Shown here: positions 40,811-55,690 of the stretch, in pieces
Layout: each line of letters opens with the position of its first letter
How positions within the stretch are numbered: the first letter of the stretch is position 1
From: Eledone cirrhosa
Lineage: Eukaryota
Assembly (NCBI GenBank): GCA_964016885.1
Contig: OZ024760.1
Coordinates: 23,870,001 to 23,934,000 of the forward strand
Direction: 5' to 3'
Length of the DNA stretch: 64,000 bases
Program-made: the position numbers and the translations under genes
The notes under the pieces: model-generated
The model's input: the letters and a program-made list of their open reading frames with translations, nothing else
Databases searched by the model: none
What the model was told of the DNA's origin: nothing

Positions 40811-42895
40811 ATGGTATGAACACCAGCCGGAAAGGTTAGGTGAAAATTAACAGTATAAGATCTTGTGGGACATGACCATCCAGTGCGACCATTTTATCGC
40901 GGCTAGACAGCTTGACATTGTTATCATAGAGGTAAGAATAACGAGGCATGTGTTGTGGATATTGCTTCACCGTGGGACCACAGGGTGAATGAGGAGAGTG
41001 AGAAAGTTGAGAAATACCAGGGGCTGAAGAGAGAAATCAGGAAACTGTGGAGAATCAGATACGTAGAAGTGGTACCAATTGTATTTGCTACACTGGGAGC
41101 AGATAGTAGGTTAGACATGTAGAAGTGGTACCAATTGTATTTGCTACACTGGGAGCAGATAGTAGGTTAGACATGTAGAAGTGGTACCAATTGTATTTGG
41201 TACACTGGGAGCAGATAGTAGGTTAGACATGTAGAAGTGGCACCAATTGTATTTGGTACACTGGGAGCAGATAGTAGGTTAGACATGTAGAAGTGGTACC
41301 AATTGTGGTTGGTGTACTGGGAGCAGCTAGTAGAAGGTTAGACATGTAGAAGTGGTACCAATTGTGGTTGGTACACTGGGAGTAGTTAGTAGAAGGTTAG
41401 ACATGTAGAAGTGGTACCAATTGTGGTTGGTGTACTGGGAGTAGTTAGTAGAAGGTTAGACATGTAGAAGTGGTACCAATTGTGGTTGTTGTACTGGGAG
41501 CAGTTAGTAGAAGGTTAGACATGCAGAAGTGGTACCAATTGTGGTTGGTGTACTGGGAGCAGTTAGTAGAAGGTTAGACATGTAGAAGTGGTACCAATTG
41601 TAGTTGGTGTACTGGGAGCAGTTAGTAGAAGGTTAGACATGTAGAAGTGGTACCAATTGTGGTTGGTACACTTGGAGTAGTTAGTAGGTTAGACATGTAG
41701 AAGTGGTACCAATTGTGGTTGTTGTACTGGGAGCAGTTAGTAGAAGGTTAGACATGTAGAAGTGGTACCAATTGTGGTTGGTGTACTGGGAGCAGTTAGT
41801 AGAAGGTTAGACATGTAGAAGTGGTACCAATTGTGGTTGGTGTACTGGGAGCAGTTAGTAGAAGGTTAGACATGTAGAAGTGGTACCAATTGTGGTTGTT
41901 GTACTGGGAGCAGTTAGTAGAAGGTTAGACATGTAGAAGTGGTACCAATTGTGGTTGGTGTACTGGGAGCAGTTAGTAGAAGGTTAGACATGTAGAAGTG
42001 GTACCAATTGTGGTTGGTGTACTGGGAGCAGTTAGTAGAAGGTTAGACATGTAGAAGTGGTACCAATTGTGGTTGGTGTACTGGGAGCAGTTAGTAGAAG
42101 GTTAGACATGTAGAAGTGGTACCATTTGTGGTTGGTGTACTGGGAGTAGCTAGTAGAAAGTTAGACATGTAGAAGTGGTACCAATTGTAGTTGGTGTACT
42201 GGGAGCAGTTAGTAGAAGGTTAGACATGTAGAAGTGGTACCAATTGTGGTTGGTGTACTGGGAGCAGTTAGTAGAAGGTTAGACATGTAGAAGTGGTACC
42301 AATTGTGGTTGGTGTACTGGGAGTAGTTAGTAGAAAGTTAGACATGTAGAAGTGGTACCAATTGTAGTTGGTGTACTGGGAGCAGTTAGTAGAAGGTTAG
42401 ACATGTAGAAGTGGTACCAATTGTGGTTGGTACACTTGGAGTAGTTAGTAGGTTAGACATGTAGAAGTGGTACCAATTGTGGTTGGTGTACTGGGAGCAG
42501 TTAGTAGAAGGTTAGACATGTAGAAGTGGTACCAATTGTGGTTGGTACACTGGGAGTAGTTAGTAGGTTAGACATGTAGAAGTGGTACCAATTGTGGTTG
42601 GTGTACTGGGAGCAGTTAGTAGAAGGTTAGACATGTAGAAGTGGTACCAATTGTGGTTGGTACACTTGGAGTAGTTAGTAGAAGGTTGGATGCATGACTT
42701 GTGAAGCTAGGATTTACCATCAGGACAGAATTGTTGTATAAATTAGCCTTGCTGAGAACAGGAAGGATTCTAAAAAGGGTGTTGGAAAGTTGAGGGAGAA
42801 GGAATGACCCAAAGGATCTTTTGTCACTGGCCATGGCTTGCTCAATTTGGTAAAGTATCGGTATAACATCTGTCAGAACAAAAGCGTTGCAAAAA
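40811..42895 (+). pseudogene. More diverged R4/Dong RLE 3' fragment split by an internal minisatellite
   Basis: WYEHQPE..KILWD..DIASPWD..KVEKYQGLKREIRKLWR..VEVVPIV; resumes about 42690 with ..ALLRTGRILKRVLE*; (AAC)n tail. Confidence 0.8.
41062..42690. repeat. 56/59-bp minisatellite, about 28 copies
   Basis: Unit tagaagtggtaccaattgtggttggtgtactgggagcagttagtagaaggttagacatg. Confidence 0.95.
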
Positions 42896-42919
42896 ATAAC
42901 AACAACAACAACAACAACA

Positions 42920-43295
42920 ATTGTTTCTACTTTAGGCACAAGGCCAGCAAATTGAAGTGGAGGAGAACGTCGATTAAATCGACACCAGTACATTACTGGT
43001 ACTTTATTTTATCGACCCTGTAAGGATGAATGGCAAAGTTAACGTCAGCGGGATTTGAAATCAGAACATAAAGTGCCATAACTCTATGCTGCTAAGCATG
43101 GTCTCTGACGTTCTAGCGATACTGTCAATCAATGTTACCCTCAATGTTTTCTGATTTAAGCACAAGACAAGGTCAAACATTTTGGGGTGAGGAGAAAGTC
43201 AATTAATACGACCTCAGTCCGTTACTGGTACAATATGTTGTCGACCCCTTAAGGATGAAAGGCAAAGTTGATTACAGCAGGATTTGAAATCACAA
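42920..43295 (-). mobile_element. Two tRNA-derived SINE copies
   Basis: ttgtttctactttaggcacaaggccagcaa..actggtactttattttatcgacc..ggatttgaaatc. Confidence 0.85.
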
Positions 43296-44057
43296 TGTAG
43301 TGATATTTGTAAATGCTCTAACGATAGTTACAGCTCCTAGTCTAGATATTTTGTGGAATTTATGAGTAGGCACCTGTATAACCTGATTCTCAGGGGGTGT
43401 AATTATGACATACGGCGTCTCTTGGAAATCTTTGAAGCCGTGTGTGAACATGCAGTTTGTCACCTTTGTGTACGACATCAATTAGATTTAAAAATATTAG
43501 TATAATTTAGTTGAAAAACAATGTAACAATATGGCGCCCATTATGCCTTAAATATGGCGGAGAATGTGAAAATGGCGCAGAAAGATGAAGCAAATAAAAT
43601 TGAAATAAGATAAATAATGAAAAGAAAATAGAAAAGGAAAGATAATCTAAGAATACATATATATATATATATTTGGGAGTGTATATGTGTGTGTTTCTGT
43701 ATATACATATATATAAATATACATATATATATATACATATGCATATATATACATATATCTATATATATGTGTGTATACATATATATATATATACATTGTG
43801 TATATATATATATACATATATATATATACATGTGTTTGTATATATATATATATATATATATATACATGTGTTTGTATATATATATATATATATATATACT
43901 TATATACATACATTGTCAAGAATACATATATATATATATGGGTGTGTATATGTGTGTGTTTCTGTACATATACATATATATAAATATACATATATATACA
44001 TATTCATATATATACATATATCTATATATATACGTGTATATATATATATATATATAC

Positions 44058-44108
<51 letters not shown>

Positions 44109-44122
44109 TATATACATGTGTT

Positions 44123-44168
<46 letters not shown>

Positions 44169-44599
44169 TATATACATGTGTTTGTATATATATATATACA
44201 TATATATATATACTTATATACATACATTGTCATATACTCTCTATTACACACTAAACATACTTCCTTTATCCTATGACACATACTCGTTAATACATACACA
44301 CTTACATACATATCACAGTTAGATACTTTACACTTACACATACACACGTTTAAATTCAATACATACACTCACACATACACATCCACACATCTCATGGACA
44401 TACGTTAACACTATCAGATACTTTACACACACACTAAATAACTTTAAAGCACATATACAGTACACACTTTCAAATTTACATACACTCACACATAGATAGC
44501 CGCTACTACTAACACACGTATATACGCATACACACTATATTTAATACTTTTACTGCCTTAAAAAAGTATCCACGTTTCAACATACAGCTACACTCACAT

Positions 44600-45210
44600 A
44601 ATTGTTTCTACTTTAGGCACAAGGCCAGCAATTACCCAGTGCATTACTGGTACTTTATTTTATCGAACCCGTAAGGATGAAAGGCAAAGTTAACCTCGGC
44701 GGGATTTGAACTCAGATCGTAAAGGGATGTAACTATGCTGGAAAGCATGGCGTCCGACCCTCTACCGATACTGCCAATCCACCGAACGGTTTCTTATATA
44801 GGCACAGGGCCAGCAATTTGGGGGGAGGGGAAAGTCGATTAAATCGACCTCAGTGCGTGACTGGTACTTTATTTTATTGACCCCGTAAGGATAAAAGGCA
44901 AATTTAACCTCGGTGGGATGTGAATTCAGACAGTAAAGGACCGTAACTCTATGCTGCAAAGCATGGTGTCCGACTCTCTACCGATACTGCCAATCCACTG
45001 CCCTTTTTATCATAGTTTCTTATATAGGCACAAGGCCAGCAATTTTGCGGGATGGGAAAATCGATTAAATCGACCCCAGTGCGCGACTGGTATTTTATTT
45101 TATCGACTACGTAAAGATGATAGGCAAAGTTAACCTCGGTGGGATTTGAACTCAGATCATAAAGGGCCGTAACTCCATGCCGACCCTCTACCGATACTGC
45201 CAATCCTCTA
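44600..45210 (-). mobile_element. Three head-to-tail SINE copies
   Basis: Three runs of ggcacaaggccagcaat..gttaacctcgg..ctctaccgatactgccaat. Confidence 0.9.
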
Positions 45211-45540
45211 CCACCTTACACTCACACATAATAACGACACAAACACACTCACACTCACCTGTTACCATGACTACCATGACTACCTAACAGTTTGTCGTGT
45301 TTCCCTCTATATTTTCGATTTCTTTTCTTTACATGGATCTTCTTTGTTTCTGTTTCTCCTTTGGGATCCTGTCCCTATTTTGTTCTCTTGAAGAAGGGCT
45401 TCAGTCTGACACGACACACCGAAATTTCTTTTCCCCTTTTTCATATAAAGCGTGAAACTAATAAGTCATTTTATACCTATGTTTATTGTCTCCTAGAACT
45501 GTGTATATATATGTATGTATATATATATATATAGAGAGAG

Positions 45541-46072
<532 letters not shown>

Positions 46073-46205
46073 AGTATATATAAATATACATACACGTCTA
46101 TATATGAATATATATATATGTACATATATATAAATATATATACACGTCTATATATGAATATATATATGTACATATATATACATATATATATACATATATG
46201 TACAT

Positions 46206-46375
<170 letters not shown>

Positions 46376-46532
46376 CATATATACATATATATGTACATAT
46401 ATATGTACATGTACATATATATATATATAGATGTACATATATATATATGCACATATATATATATATATTTATATATGTGTGTGTGTATACATATATATAT
46501 ATATATACATATATCCATATACATATATATAT

Positions 46533-46565
<33 letters not shown>

Positions 46566-46720
46566 CATACATATATACGAATATATACATATGTGTGTGT
46601 GCATGTGTGTGAGTGTAAGTGTGTGTATATGTGTGTATGTATGTGTGTATGTGTGATAACACAAAACGGTATATTGACAATAATATATATATATATATAT
46701 ACAAATATATATATATATAT

Positions 46721-46901
46721 ATTGTTTCTACTTTTGGCACAAGGCCAGCAATTATCGCAGTGTATTACTGGTACTTTATTTTATCGACCCCGTAAGGATA
46801 AAAGACAAAGTTAACCACGGCGGGATTTGAACTCAGAATGGCAAAGACCGTAACTCTATGCGTCAAAGCATGGCGTCCGACCCTCTACAGATACTGCCAA
46901 T
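46721..46901 (-). mobile_element. tRNA-derived SINE with 13-bp TSD
   Basis: tattgacaataat at 46672-46684 and 46902-46914. Confidence 0.9.
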
Positions 46902-47411
46902 TATTGACAATAATGTAATAAATACGATGTCTTTGGAAGACTGACACACAACAATATAATTTATATATTTTCTGTTACTTGGAATTCCCATTATGGATGT
47001 ACAAATTATTGTTTGTTAAAAAATGTGTTCTCTGTTCAGCCTTTATTGTTGTATCTATCAATTTTCTTTAACGTACTGACTGTTGAACTGGGGAATCCTA
47101 AAAACTATTCAAACCCAACATCAAAGCACGTTAAACCCGCCCCCACCTCGCTGAATTGGGCGTGCGATATATTTGCACAAGAGTGGGGGGGGGGGCGTAA
47201 GAAGATAAAATGTCGGTATACCTAGCCGGGCGCCAGTCAAACGGGCCAGCTAGTAATATAATAAATACGATGTCTTTGGAAGACTGACACAAAAAATATA
47301 TCTGCCTTGTATTGGTGAGCATAACTTAATTGTAATGGGTTTTCTGAAGATTTTTAATATATATAAGATGTTGTCTTGTAGGTGTTGTGTAAAGTGTTTG
47401 GCTTATACTAT

Positions 47412-47462
<51 letters not shown>

Positions 47463-47648
47463 GGTGTGTATGTATGTAGTTGCGTGTGTAGAAAAACAGA
47501 TATGTAAACATGTGAACATATAAATTATATATGTAAATACATATGCATATATCCGTATACATGTGTATATATATATATGCATGTGTGTTTGTATGCGTGT
47601 ATAGGAAGATAGATATGTGAAAATATGAACATATATACTAAATGTATA

Positions 47649-47722
<74 letters not shown>

Positions 47723-47730
47723 CATATATG

Positions 47731-47792
<62 letters not shown>

Positions 47793-47801
47793 TGTATATG
47801 T

Positions 47802-47837
<36 letters not shown>

Positions 47838-47957
47838 GTGTATATCTGTTCAATGGGATGTAAACTTCAGTTATGTGGAACGATGTGATTACAAACATAT
47901 ATAACATACACACATATATATATATATATATATACATGTATATATATATATATATAT

Positions 47958-48127
<170 letters not shown>

Positions 48128-48149
48128 ATATATATACATGTATATATAT

Positions 48150-48245
<96 letters not shown>

Positions 48246-48264
48246 ATATATATATATATATATG

Positions 48265-48568
48265 TACGTATATATTCACCGAACATTTATTATAATGTTC
48301 GGTGTGTTTGTAAACAAATATCCCGTATTAAGCCGTACAGTGTCTAGCAACCATCGTTGCTCGTTTGTTCAACACTGACAAAGGAACGCTGTACTTAGGT
48401 ATACGTTACTGACGATAGCTAATAAGCTTGAAACTAGTACAGCGTTCCTTTGTCAGTGTTGAACAAATGAGCAACGATGGTTGTTAGACACTGTACGGCT
48501 TGATTCGGGAAGTCTATTTACAAACACACCGAGCATTATAATAAATGTTCTGTGAATCCATACGTACA
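48265..48568. mobile_element. Fold-back element (about 130-bp arms) with a hammerhead in the spacer
   Basis: 48265-48395 inverted with 48436-48568; (TA)n both sides. Confidence 0.85.
48404..48444 (+). ncRNA. Compact type-I hammerhead ribozyme
   Basis: cgtta CTGACGA(48409) tagct aata agctt GAAA(48430) ctag TA cagcg. Confidence 0.7.
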
Positions 48569-48652
48569 TATATATATGTGTGCATGTATGTATATATATA
48601 TATATACATACTACTGTACCTCTGTATACATATATGGATGTACCTATACATA

Positions 48653-48710
<58 letters not shown>

Positions 48711-48772
48711 TACATGTATATATAAATATATACATGAATATATAAATATATACATAAATATATATATACATG

Positions 48773-48805
<33 letters not shown>

Positions 48806-49029
48806 GTATATATATATATACATGTATATATATATATATATACATGTATATATATATATACATGTATATATATACATGTATATATATACATGTATATATA
48901 TACATATATATATATATACATGTATTTATATACATATATATATATATATACATTTATATATATATATATACATGTATATATATATATACATGTATATATT
49001 TTATATATAAACATGTATATATATACATG

Positions 49030-49072
<43 letters not shown>

Positions 49073-49310
49073 ATATATACATATATATATATATATATAC
49101 ATGTATATATATACATATATATATATATATATACATGTATATATATATAGGTATATATAAATATATATATATATACATTTATATATATAGGTATATATAA
49201 ATAAATATATATATAGGTATATATATATATATATATATATATACATACATTTATATATATAGGTATATATATATATATATATATATATACATACATACAT
49301 TTATATATAT

Positions 49311-49358
<48 letters not shown>

Positions 49359-49425
49359 ACATATATATATATAATGTATATATATATATATATATACATG
49401 TATATATATATGTATATATATATAT

Positions 49426-49471
<46 letters not shown>

Positions 49472-49547
49472 ATATATACATATATATATATATACATGTA
49501 TATATATATACTTGTATATATATATACATGTATATATATATACATGT

Positions 49548-49965
49548 ATAACTTTGAATAACTTTGAAATGTTTTGGCCAGTATTGGCCCAGGCCATGTC
49601 TAACTTAATAGCACCACCTGGCGAAGTCTTTCAATTCAGGATTTGGGCACCATGGCCCATTCGAGAAGAGAATTACTGTTTGCGGAGACATATCCGGGTG
49701 TGGGTGGTTTGTCCGGGATTACTTGGCGGAATTTGTCCAAAGACTTCTTGAATTTTGTGTGGTCAATTTCTGTTTTGACGTGTCCTGGTGTGATGTTGAA
49801 GAGAGCAGGGCCAATTGAGGTGAAATAATTGTGCCGTATTGTTGTTATGAGTTGCGATTTAGATTTTTGAATGGGACGGATAGCACGGGGCCCAAGCCTT
49901 GGGTGTATCTTGAAGGCGATGCCAATATCATTTGGGCAGTGATGATGGAACATTTTCCACATCAT
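49548..49965 (-). mobile_element. 3' fragment of a CR1/L2-group LINE
   Basis: Peptide [32 protein letters not shown] resembles LINE ORF2 C-termini; tandem ttcaaagtta tail. Confidence 0.65.
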
Positions 49966-50383
49966 GTATATACATATATATATACATGTATATATATACA
50001 TATATATATATACATGTATATATATATGTACATATATATATATACATGTATATATATATACATGTATATATATATATATACATGTATATATATATACATG
50101 TATATATATATATATATACACATGTATATATATATGTACATATATATATACATGTATATATATATACATGTATATATATATATACATGTATATATATATA
50201 TATATACATGTATATATATATATATATAGACATGTATATATATATATATATAGACATGTATATATATATATATATATACGTATATATATATACATGTATA
50301 TATATATATGTACATGTATATATATATATACACATGTATATATATATATAGATAGACATGTATATATATATATATATATATAC

Positions 50384-50423
<40 letters not shown>

Positions 50424-50454
50424 ATATATATATATATACATGTATATATACATG

Positions 50455-50486
<32 letters not shown>

Positions 50487-50589
50487 CATGTATATACATG
50501 TATATATATATATACATGTATATATATATATATACATGTATATATATATATATATATACATGTGTATATATATACATGTATATATATAT

Positions 50590-50692
<103 letters not shown>

Positions 50693-50727
50693 CATGTGTA
50701 TATATATACATGTATATATATATATAT

Positions 50728-50765
<38 letters not shown>

Positions 50766-50781
50766 ATATATATATATATAT

Positions 50782-50859
<78 letters not shown>

Positions 50860-51215
50860 ATAGATATATTATATATATACATGTAAATGTATATATATAT
50901 ATATATATATATATATGTCTGTGTGTTTGTGTGTGTGCATATATATATATTGTATGCATACAAATTGAATATAAATGTGTTGGTGTCTCTGTGTCTGTGT
51001 GTATTTGGGTGTGTGTATGTTTGTATATTCGTGTATATATGTGTGTGTTGTTGTGTGTGTGTGTATGTATGCTTGTGTGTGTGTGTATGTATGTGTGTAT
51101 TTGTCTTGTTATGTGTGTGTATGTATGTGTGTGTGTGTATGTATTTGTGTGGTTACGCGTGTATCTATATTTCTATGTGTGTCTTTGTCTGGTTATGTGT
51201 GTGTATGTATTTATG

Positions 51216-51279
<64 letters not shown>

Positions 51280-51526
51280 CGCCTCTACCTATACAGATGT
51301 ATTAATCACTTTTTATATCTGTGAGATAAAACAAACAAAAACAACCTCATCTTCCTCATCCCCCTCCCCTTCTCCCTTCTCATAAACATCTTCACCACAG
51401 CCTCCACCCTTATTTCCCCGCCACCGCCATCATATTCATCACCATACTCCGCCATGTTTCTGACAGTGATCATAAAATATAACACACAGAGCGAGTTCAT
51501 ATTTCATCGTTTACGAGACAAGAGTT

Positions 51527-51570
<44 letters not shown>

Positions 51571-51658
51571 CATATATACATATATATATGTATACATATA
51601 TATATATATGTATATATATTCAATTATATATACATATATATCTGTGTGGGTGGACGGT

Positions 51659-51696
<38 letters not shown>

Positions 51697-51750
51697 TACA
51701 TATATATATATGTATATATATATGCGTTCATATATATATATATATATGCG

Positions 51751-51818
<68 letters not shown>

Positions 51819-51836
51819 TACATATATACACATATT

Positions 51837-51872
<36 letters not shown>

Positions 51873-52214
51873 TACACACATATATATATATATGCATACA
51901 TATATACACATATTCATATATATATATATATATACATATATGCATACATATATATGCATACATATATACACATATATATATACACATATACATATATATA
52001 TACACACATATACATATATATATATATCCATATATATATACACATATACATATATATATACACACATATACATATATATATATATATCCATATATACATA
52101 CATATATAATGTATATATAAAGATAGTAAATAAATATATATATATGGTTGGATGGATTGATACATATGTGTGTGTGAGACTGTGTGTGTGTATATGTGTG
52201 TTTGTATGTGTGTG

Positions 52215-52252
<38 letters not shown>

Positions 52253-52267
52253 TGTGTGTGTGTGTGT

Positions 52268-52355
<88 letters not shown>

Positions 52356-52492
52356 ATGCCTGCCAGCTGGAAGCTGTATATTCTACCATGATGTTGATAT
52401 ATTGCAATGGTCGCTGACACAGAAATACATTATACAACAGAACAATGATGTACGCGTCAAAATATATCACTCATGCAACAACAACGACAACG

Positions 52493-52539
<47 letters not shown>

Positions 52540-52541
<2 letters not shown>

Positions 52542-52917
52542 TTTCTTTATTAACCACAAGGGTTTACATAAAGTAGACATTAAGGACAGTGCAGGACAAT
52601 ACAGTACGATACAAATGGGCATTTCTGCGTGTAAAAAACAAAAACAGAGGATGTAACAAAAAATAACAATGAAAAAGTCCCCAATAGGGGGGAGACTTCG
52701 GAGGGACATTTGTGGAGAAAGCCCAGTAAAAGGCCACAGCGACCCTGACCACCAAGGCAAGTGCCCTCTCCCAGTTGTCCACCTTTAATTTACAAATACA
52801 TACTCAGAGTAGGCCCATTCACTCGGGCCATTCTTGCTTCTCTCACCCATCTTTCAACAAAATGCTGGGAACAGAGCACTTCCCTCTCTACTCTGATTTT
52901 CCTTTTCAAATGAAATT
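52540..52917 (-). mobile_element. Tx1-like LINE 3' fragment inside (AAT)n
   Basis: Reverse complement encodes FHLKRKIRVEREVL..RWV..ARMARV; ends cccttgtggttaataaagaaat; (AAT)n on both sides. Confidence 0.8.
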
Positions 52918-52919
52918 TA

Positions 52920-52952
<33 letters not shown>

Positions 52953-52955
<3 letters not shown>

Positions 52956-53132
52956 TGTTTCTACTTTAGGCACAAGGCCAGCAAATACCCAGTGCATTAC
53001 TGGTACTTTATTTTATCGACACCGTAAGGATGAAAGGCAAAGTCAACCTCGGCGGGATTTGAACTCAGATCGTAAAGAGACGTAACTCTATGCTTCAAAG
53101 CATGGTGTCTGACTCTCTACCGATACTGCCAA
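52953..53132 (-). mobile_element. tRNA-derived SINE
   Basis: Full consensus match to other copies. Confidence 0.9.
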
Positions 53133-53146
53133 TAATAGTAATAATG

Positions 53147-53662
53147 ATTTCATTTATTAGCCACAAGGGCCGACATGTAGGGGACAATACAAAGACAGGG
53201 AGAGTGGGGGGTTTACAATAAGGTCGAGTAAAAGTGCACAATGGCAAGACTAATTTAACAATGAAGATATAAAAAATATAAAATAAACTATGCATAAATA
53301 TAACAAAATAAATTCCTCTATTAGGGGTGGACGACCCAGGGTCTACTCAGGTACCCCATCAATCCTGAACCACGCTCGGCTTCTAGGGCTCCCAGGGAGA
53401 GCACCCCTCTCCTCCTCAAGTTAGCTAGCCTATAGGCGCATGGTCAGAGTAGGGACATTCACATGGTCCATTCTCACCACATTCATCCACCTTTTAGCGA
53501 ATGTAGTGTGTGTGTGGGGGGGGGCAGCACTTCTCTCTCCACCCTCACCTTCCTTTCCAAATGAAACTTGAAGAAGTTGATGAGGGATTGGCCGAAGAGA
53601 AAGGTATCTGTCTTCAGTCCTTTCAACATGGTCCACCATATAACCTCGTTCGCAACGGCCAC
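53147..53662 (-). mobile_element. Tx1-like LINE 3' fragment
   Basis: VAVANEVIWWTMLKGLKTDTFLFGQSLINFFKFHLERKVRVEREVL; 3' end cccttgtggctaataaatgaaat. Confidence 0.8.
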
Positions 53663-53702
53663 CAAACACAACAACCACAACAACAACGACAACAACAATA
53701 AT

Positions 53703-54080
53703 AATTGTTTCTACTTTAGGCACAAGGCCAGCGAATACCCAGTGCATTACTGGTACTTTATTTTATCGACCCCGTAAGGATGAAAGGCAAAGTTAACCTC
53801 GGCGGGATTTGAACTCAGATCATAAAGGGACGTAACTCTATGCTTCAAAGCATGGTGTCTGACTCTCTACCGATACTGCCAATCCACCAAGGCCAGCAAT
53901 TTTGGGGGAGGGGAAAGTCGATTAAATCGACCCCAATGCGTGACTGGTACTTTATTTTATCGACCCCGTAAGGAAGAAAGGCGAAGTTTAACCTTGGCCG
54001 GATTTGAACTCAGAATGGCAAGGGCCGTAACTCTATGCGTCAAAGCATGGCGTCCGACCCTCTACCGATACTGCCAATCC
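53703..54080 (-). mobile_element. Two adjacent SINE copies
   Basis: Consensus match twice. Confidence 0.9.
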
Positions 54081-54621
54081 TGGTCTCCATCATCATCAGC
54101 AGCAGCATAATCATAATGATGACAACAACAACAACAATGCCAACAATAACAATGATGATGATGATTATGATGATGATGATGATGATCATGACGATGATGA
54201 TGATGATAAGCTAATCAGCATGAGAAGTATTTCAAATATGATTCATATAGGTGGAGCGGGAAAACATGGCCTAAAAATAACAAAACTAAGATTTAATGTA
54301 AACTATGGAATATATAATATATATGTACCCCTAAAAATATGGCGAACAGGCTGCCATTTTAAAGGCCAAATTGTACCCCTCTTTTAAAAACTCTGTAAGT
54401 ATCGTTCAAGACTAAATATAGCGCTGTTCTCTCTGTAGCAGTTGAGACTTCTGGCGTTCTTGGGGTCCAGACCACATCCCTCTCTTCTTACATTATGTTA
54501 TTGGAGCGGAGTTGTCTGCCCGCAGATGAGAGCCCCACGAGGTGGATTGGCTGTTCCAATGGGTCTCCCTCAACATCCTCCGGTGAGGGGCCAATATCTT
54601 CTCCACTATTATTATTATTAG

Positions 54622-54810
54622 ATGGATTGGCAGTATCGGTAGAGAGTCTGTCACCATGCTTTGCAGCATAGAGTTACGGCCCTTTACGATGTGAGTTCAA
54701 ATCCCGCCGAGGTTGACTTTGCCTTTCATCCTTACGGGGTCGATAAAATAAAGTACCAGTAATGCACTGGGTTAATTGCTGGCCTTGTGCCAAAAGTAGA
54801 AACAATTATT
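54622..54810 (+). mobile_element. tRNA-derived SINE
   Basis: tggcagtatcggtagag..gagttcaaatcccgccgagg..agtagaaacaattatt. Confidence 0.9.
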
Positions 54811-55579
54811 TAATAGAAATAATATCAAGTAAAGTTATAGCTGCACAGTAAATGTTGACAGTATTATAATGTATAAACTCGAGTTAAATGAGTTAGTATT
54901 ACGTCATAGATAACCAGTGAAGTTGTTTGATTGAACAGAAGTGTTTACTTGACGAAAACACTTACAAGGAATCTGTTATTTGCAAGGCAATAGTGAAATA
55001 TCAAGTGATAAAATGTGTATGTACGTGTATAAAATTGTATATCCTTCATATGTATGTGTGCACGAGGACAATCACCCTTGTGTACGTCTGTATACGTATA
55101 AGCTTTTAAATATTATTATGATTAAGCTGAAAACAAAATGGCGCCCATTCTGCTTGAAAAATCATGATGAAGAACCAGAAGAGTAATGCAGAACTATAAA
55201 AGTGTAATACTGTTATAAACAAAGGCAGCTTAAAACGCCATTACTTGATTTATTAATGAACAATTGGTCACTGTCTTAGTTTTTCTCCGTATAGCAGTGG
55301 AAAGAATGACACATTTTCGATAAAAACCTGTCAATCTTAGACCGTAAGGCGTAGTATATAAATTGAGCAAAGCAATGTCTACTGTGTTCGGTTGATGTAT
55401 GTGTATGGCATGGCCAGTAACCCCTGATAGTCGTAGTGGCGCCATATTGGGTATTTTAAGCATAGCGGAGCCCATCCCTCTCCAGGCTTGAATTCTGCAG
55501 ATTTCTTCCAGAGAAAGATAAAAAGTGAGAGAGAGAGGAAATAAAAAAGAGATATAGAGGAAGAATCCGCCATACTGCT

Positions 55580-55690
55580 AGATTGGTACTTCTTTATCGA
55601 ACTCGAAAGAATGAAAGGCAAAGTTGACCTCAACGTAATTTGAACTCAAAGAGAAGGCAGAGAGCCGGAATGACTGCCAATTCGCCGCTT
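55580..55690 (-). mobile_element. Old diverged SINE fragment
   Basis: tggtacttctttatcga..gaatgaaaggcaaagttgacctc..tttgaactca. Confidence 0.65.

Noticed and set aside
41062-42690. CRISPR-like regular array
   Set aside because: No unique spacers; pure tandem repeat derived from LINE sequence in a eukaryotic context
43527-43580. Three AANATGGCG YY1-like motifs
   Set aside because: No associated gene or other promoter evidence
46910-47300. Direct repeats of about 45 bp, 345 bp apart (TRIM-like)
   Set aside because: No TG..CA ends, PBS or PPT seen
51306-51500. 64-aa minus-strand ORF in unique-looking sequence
   Set aside because: No recognisable motif; partly low complexity
54500-54600. GC-rich structured island, possible HDV-like ribozyme
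   Set aside because: Could not build the full P1-P2-P3-P1.1-P4 nested pseudoknot by eye
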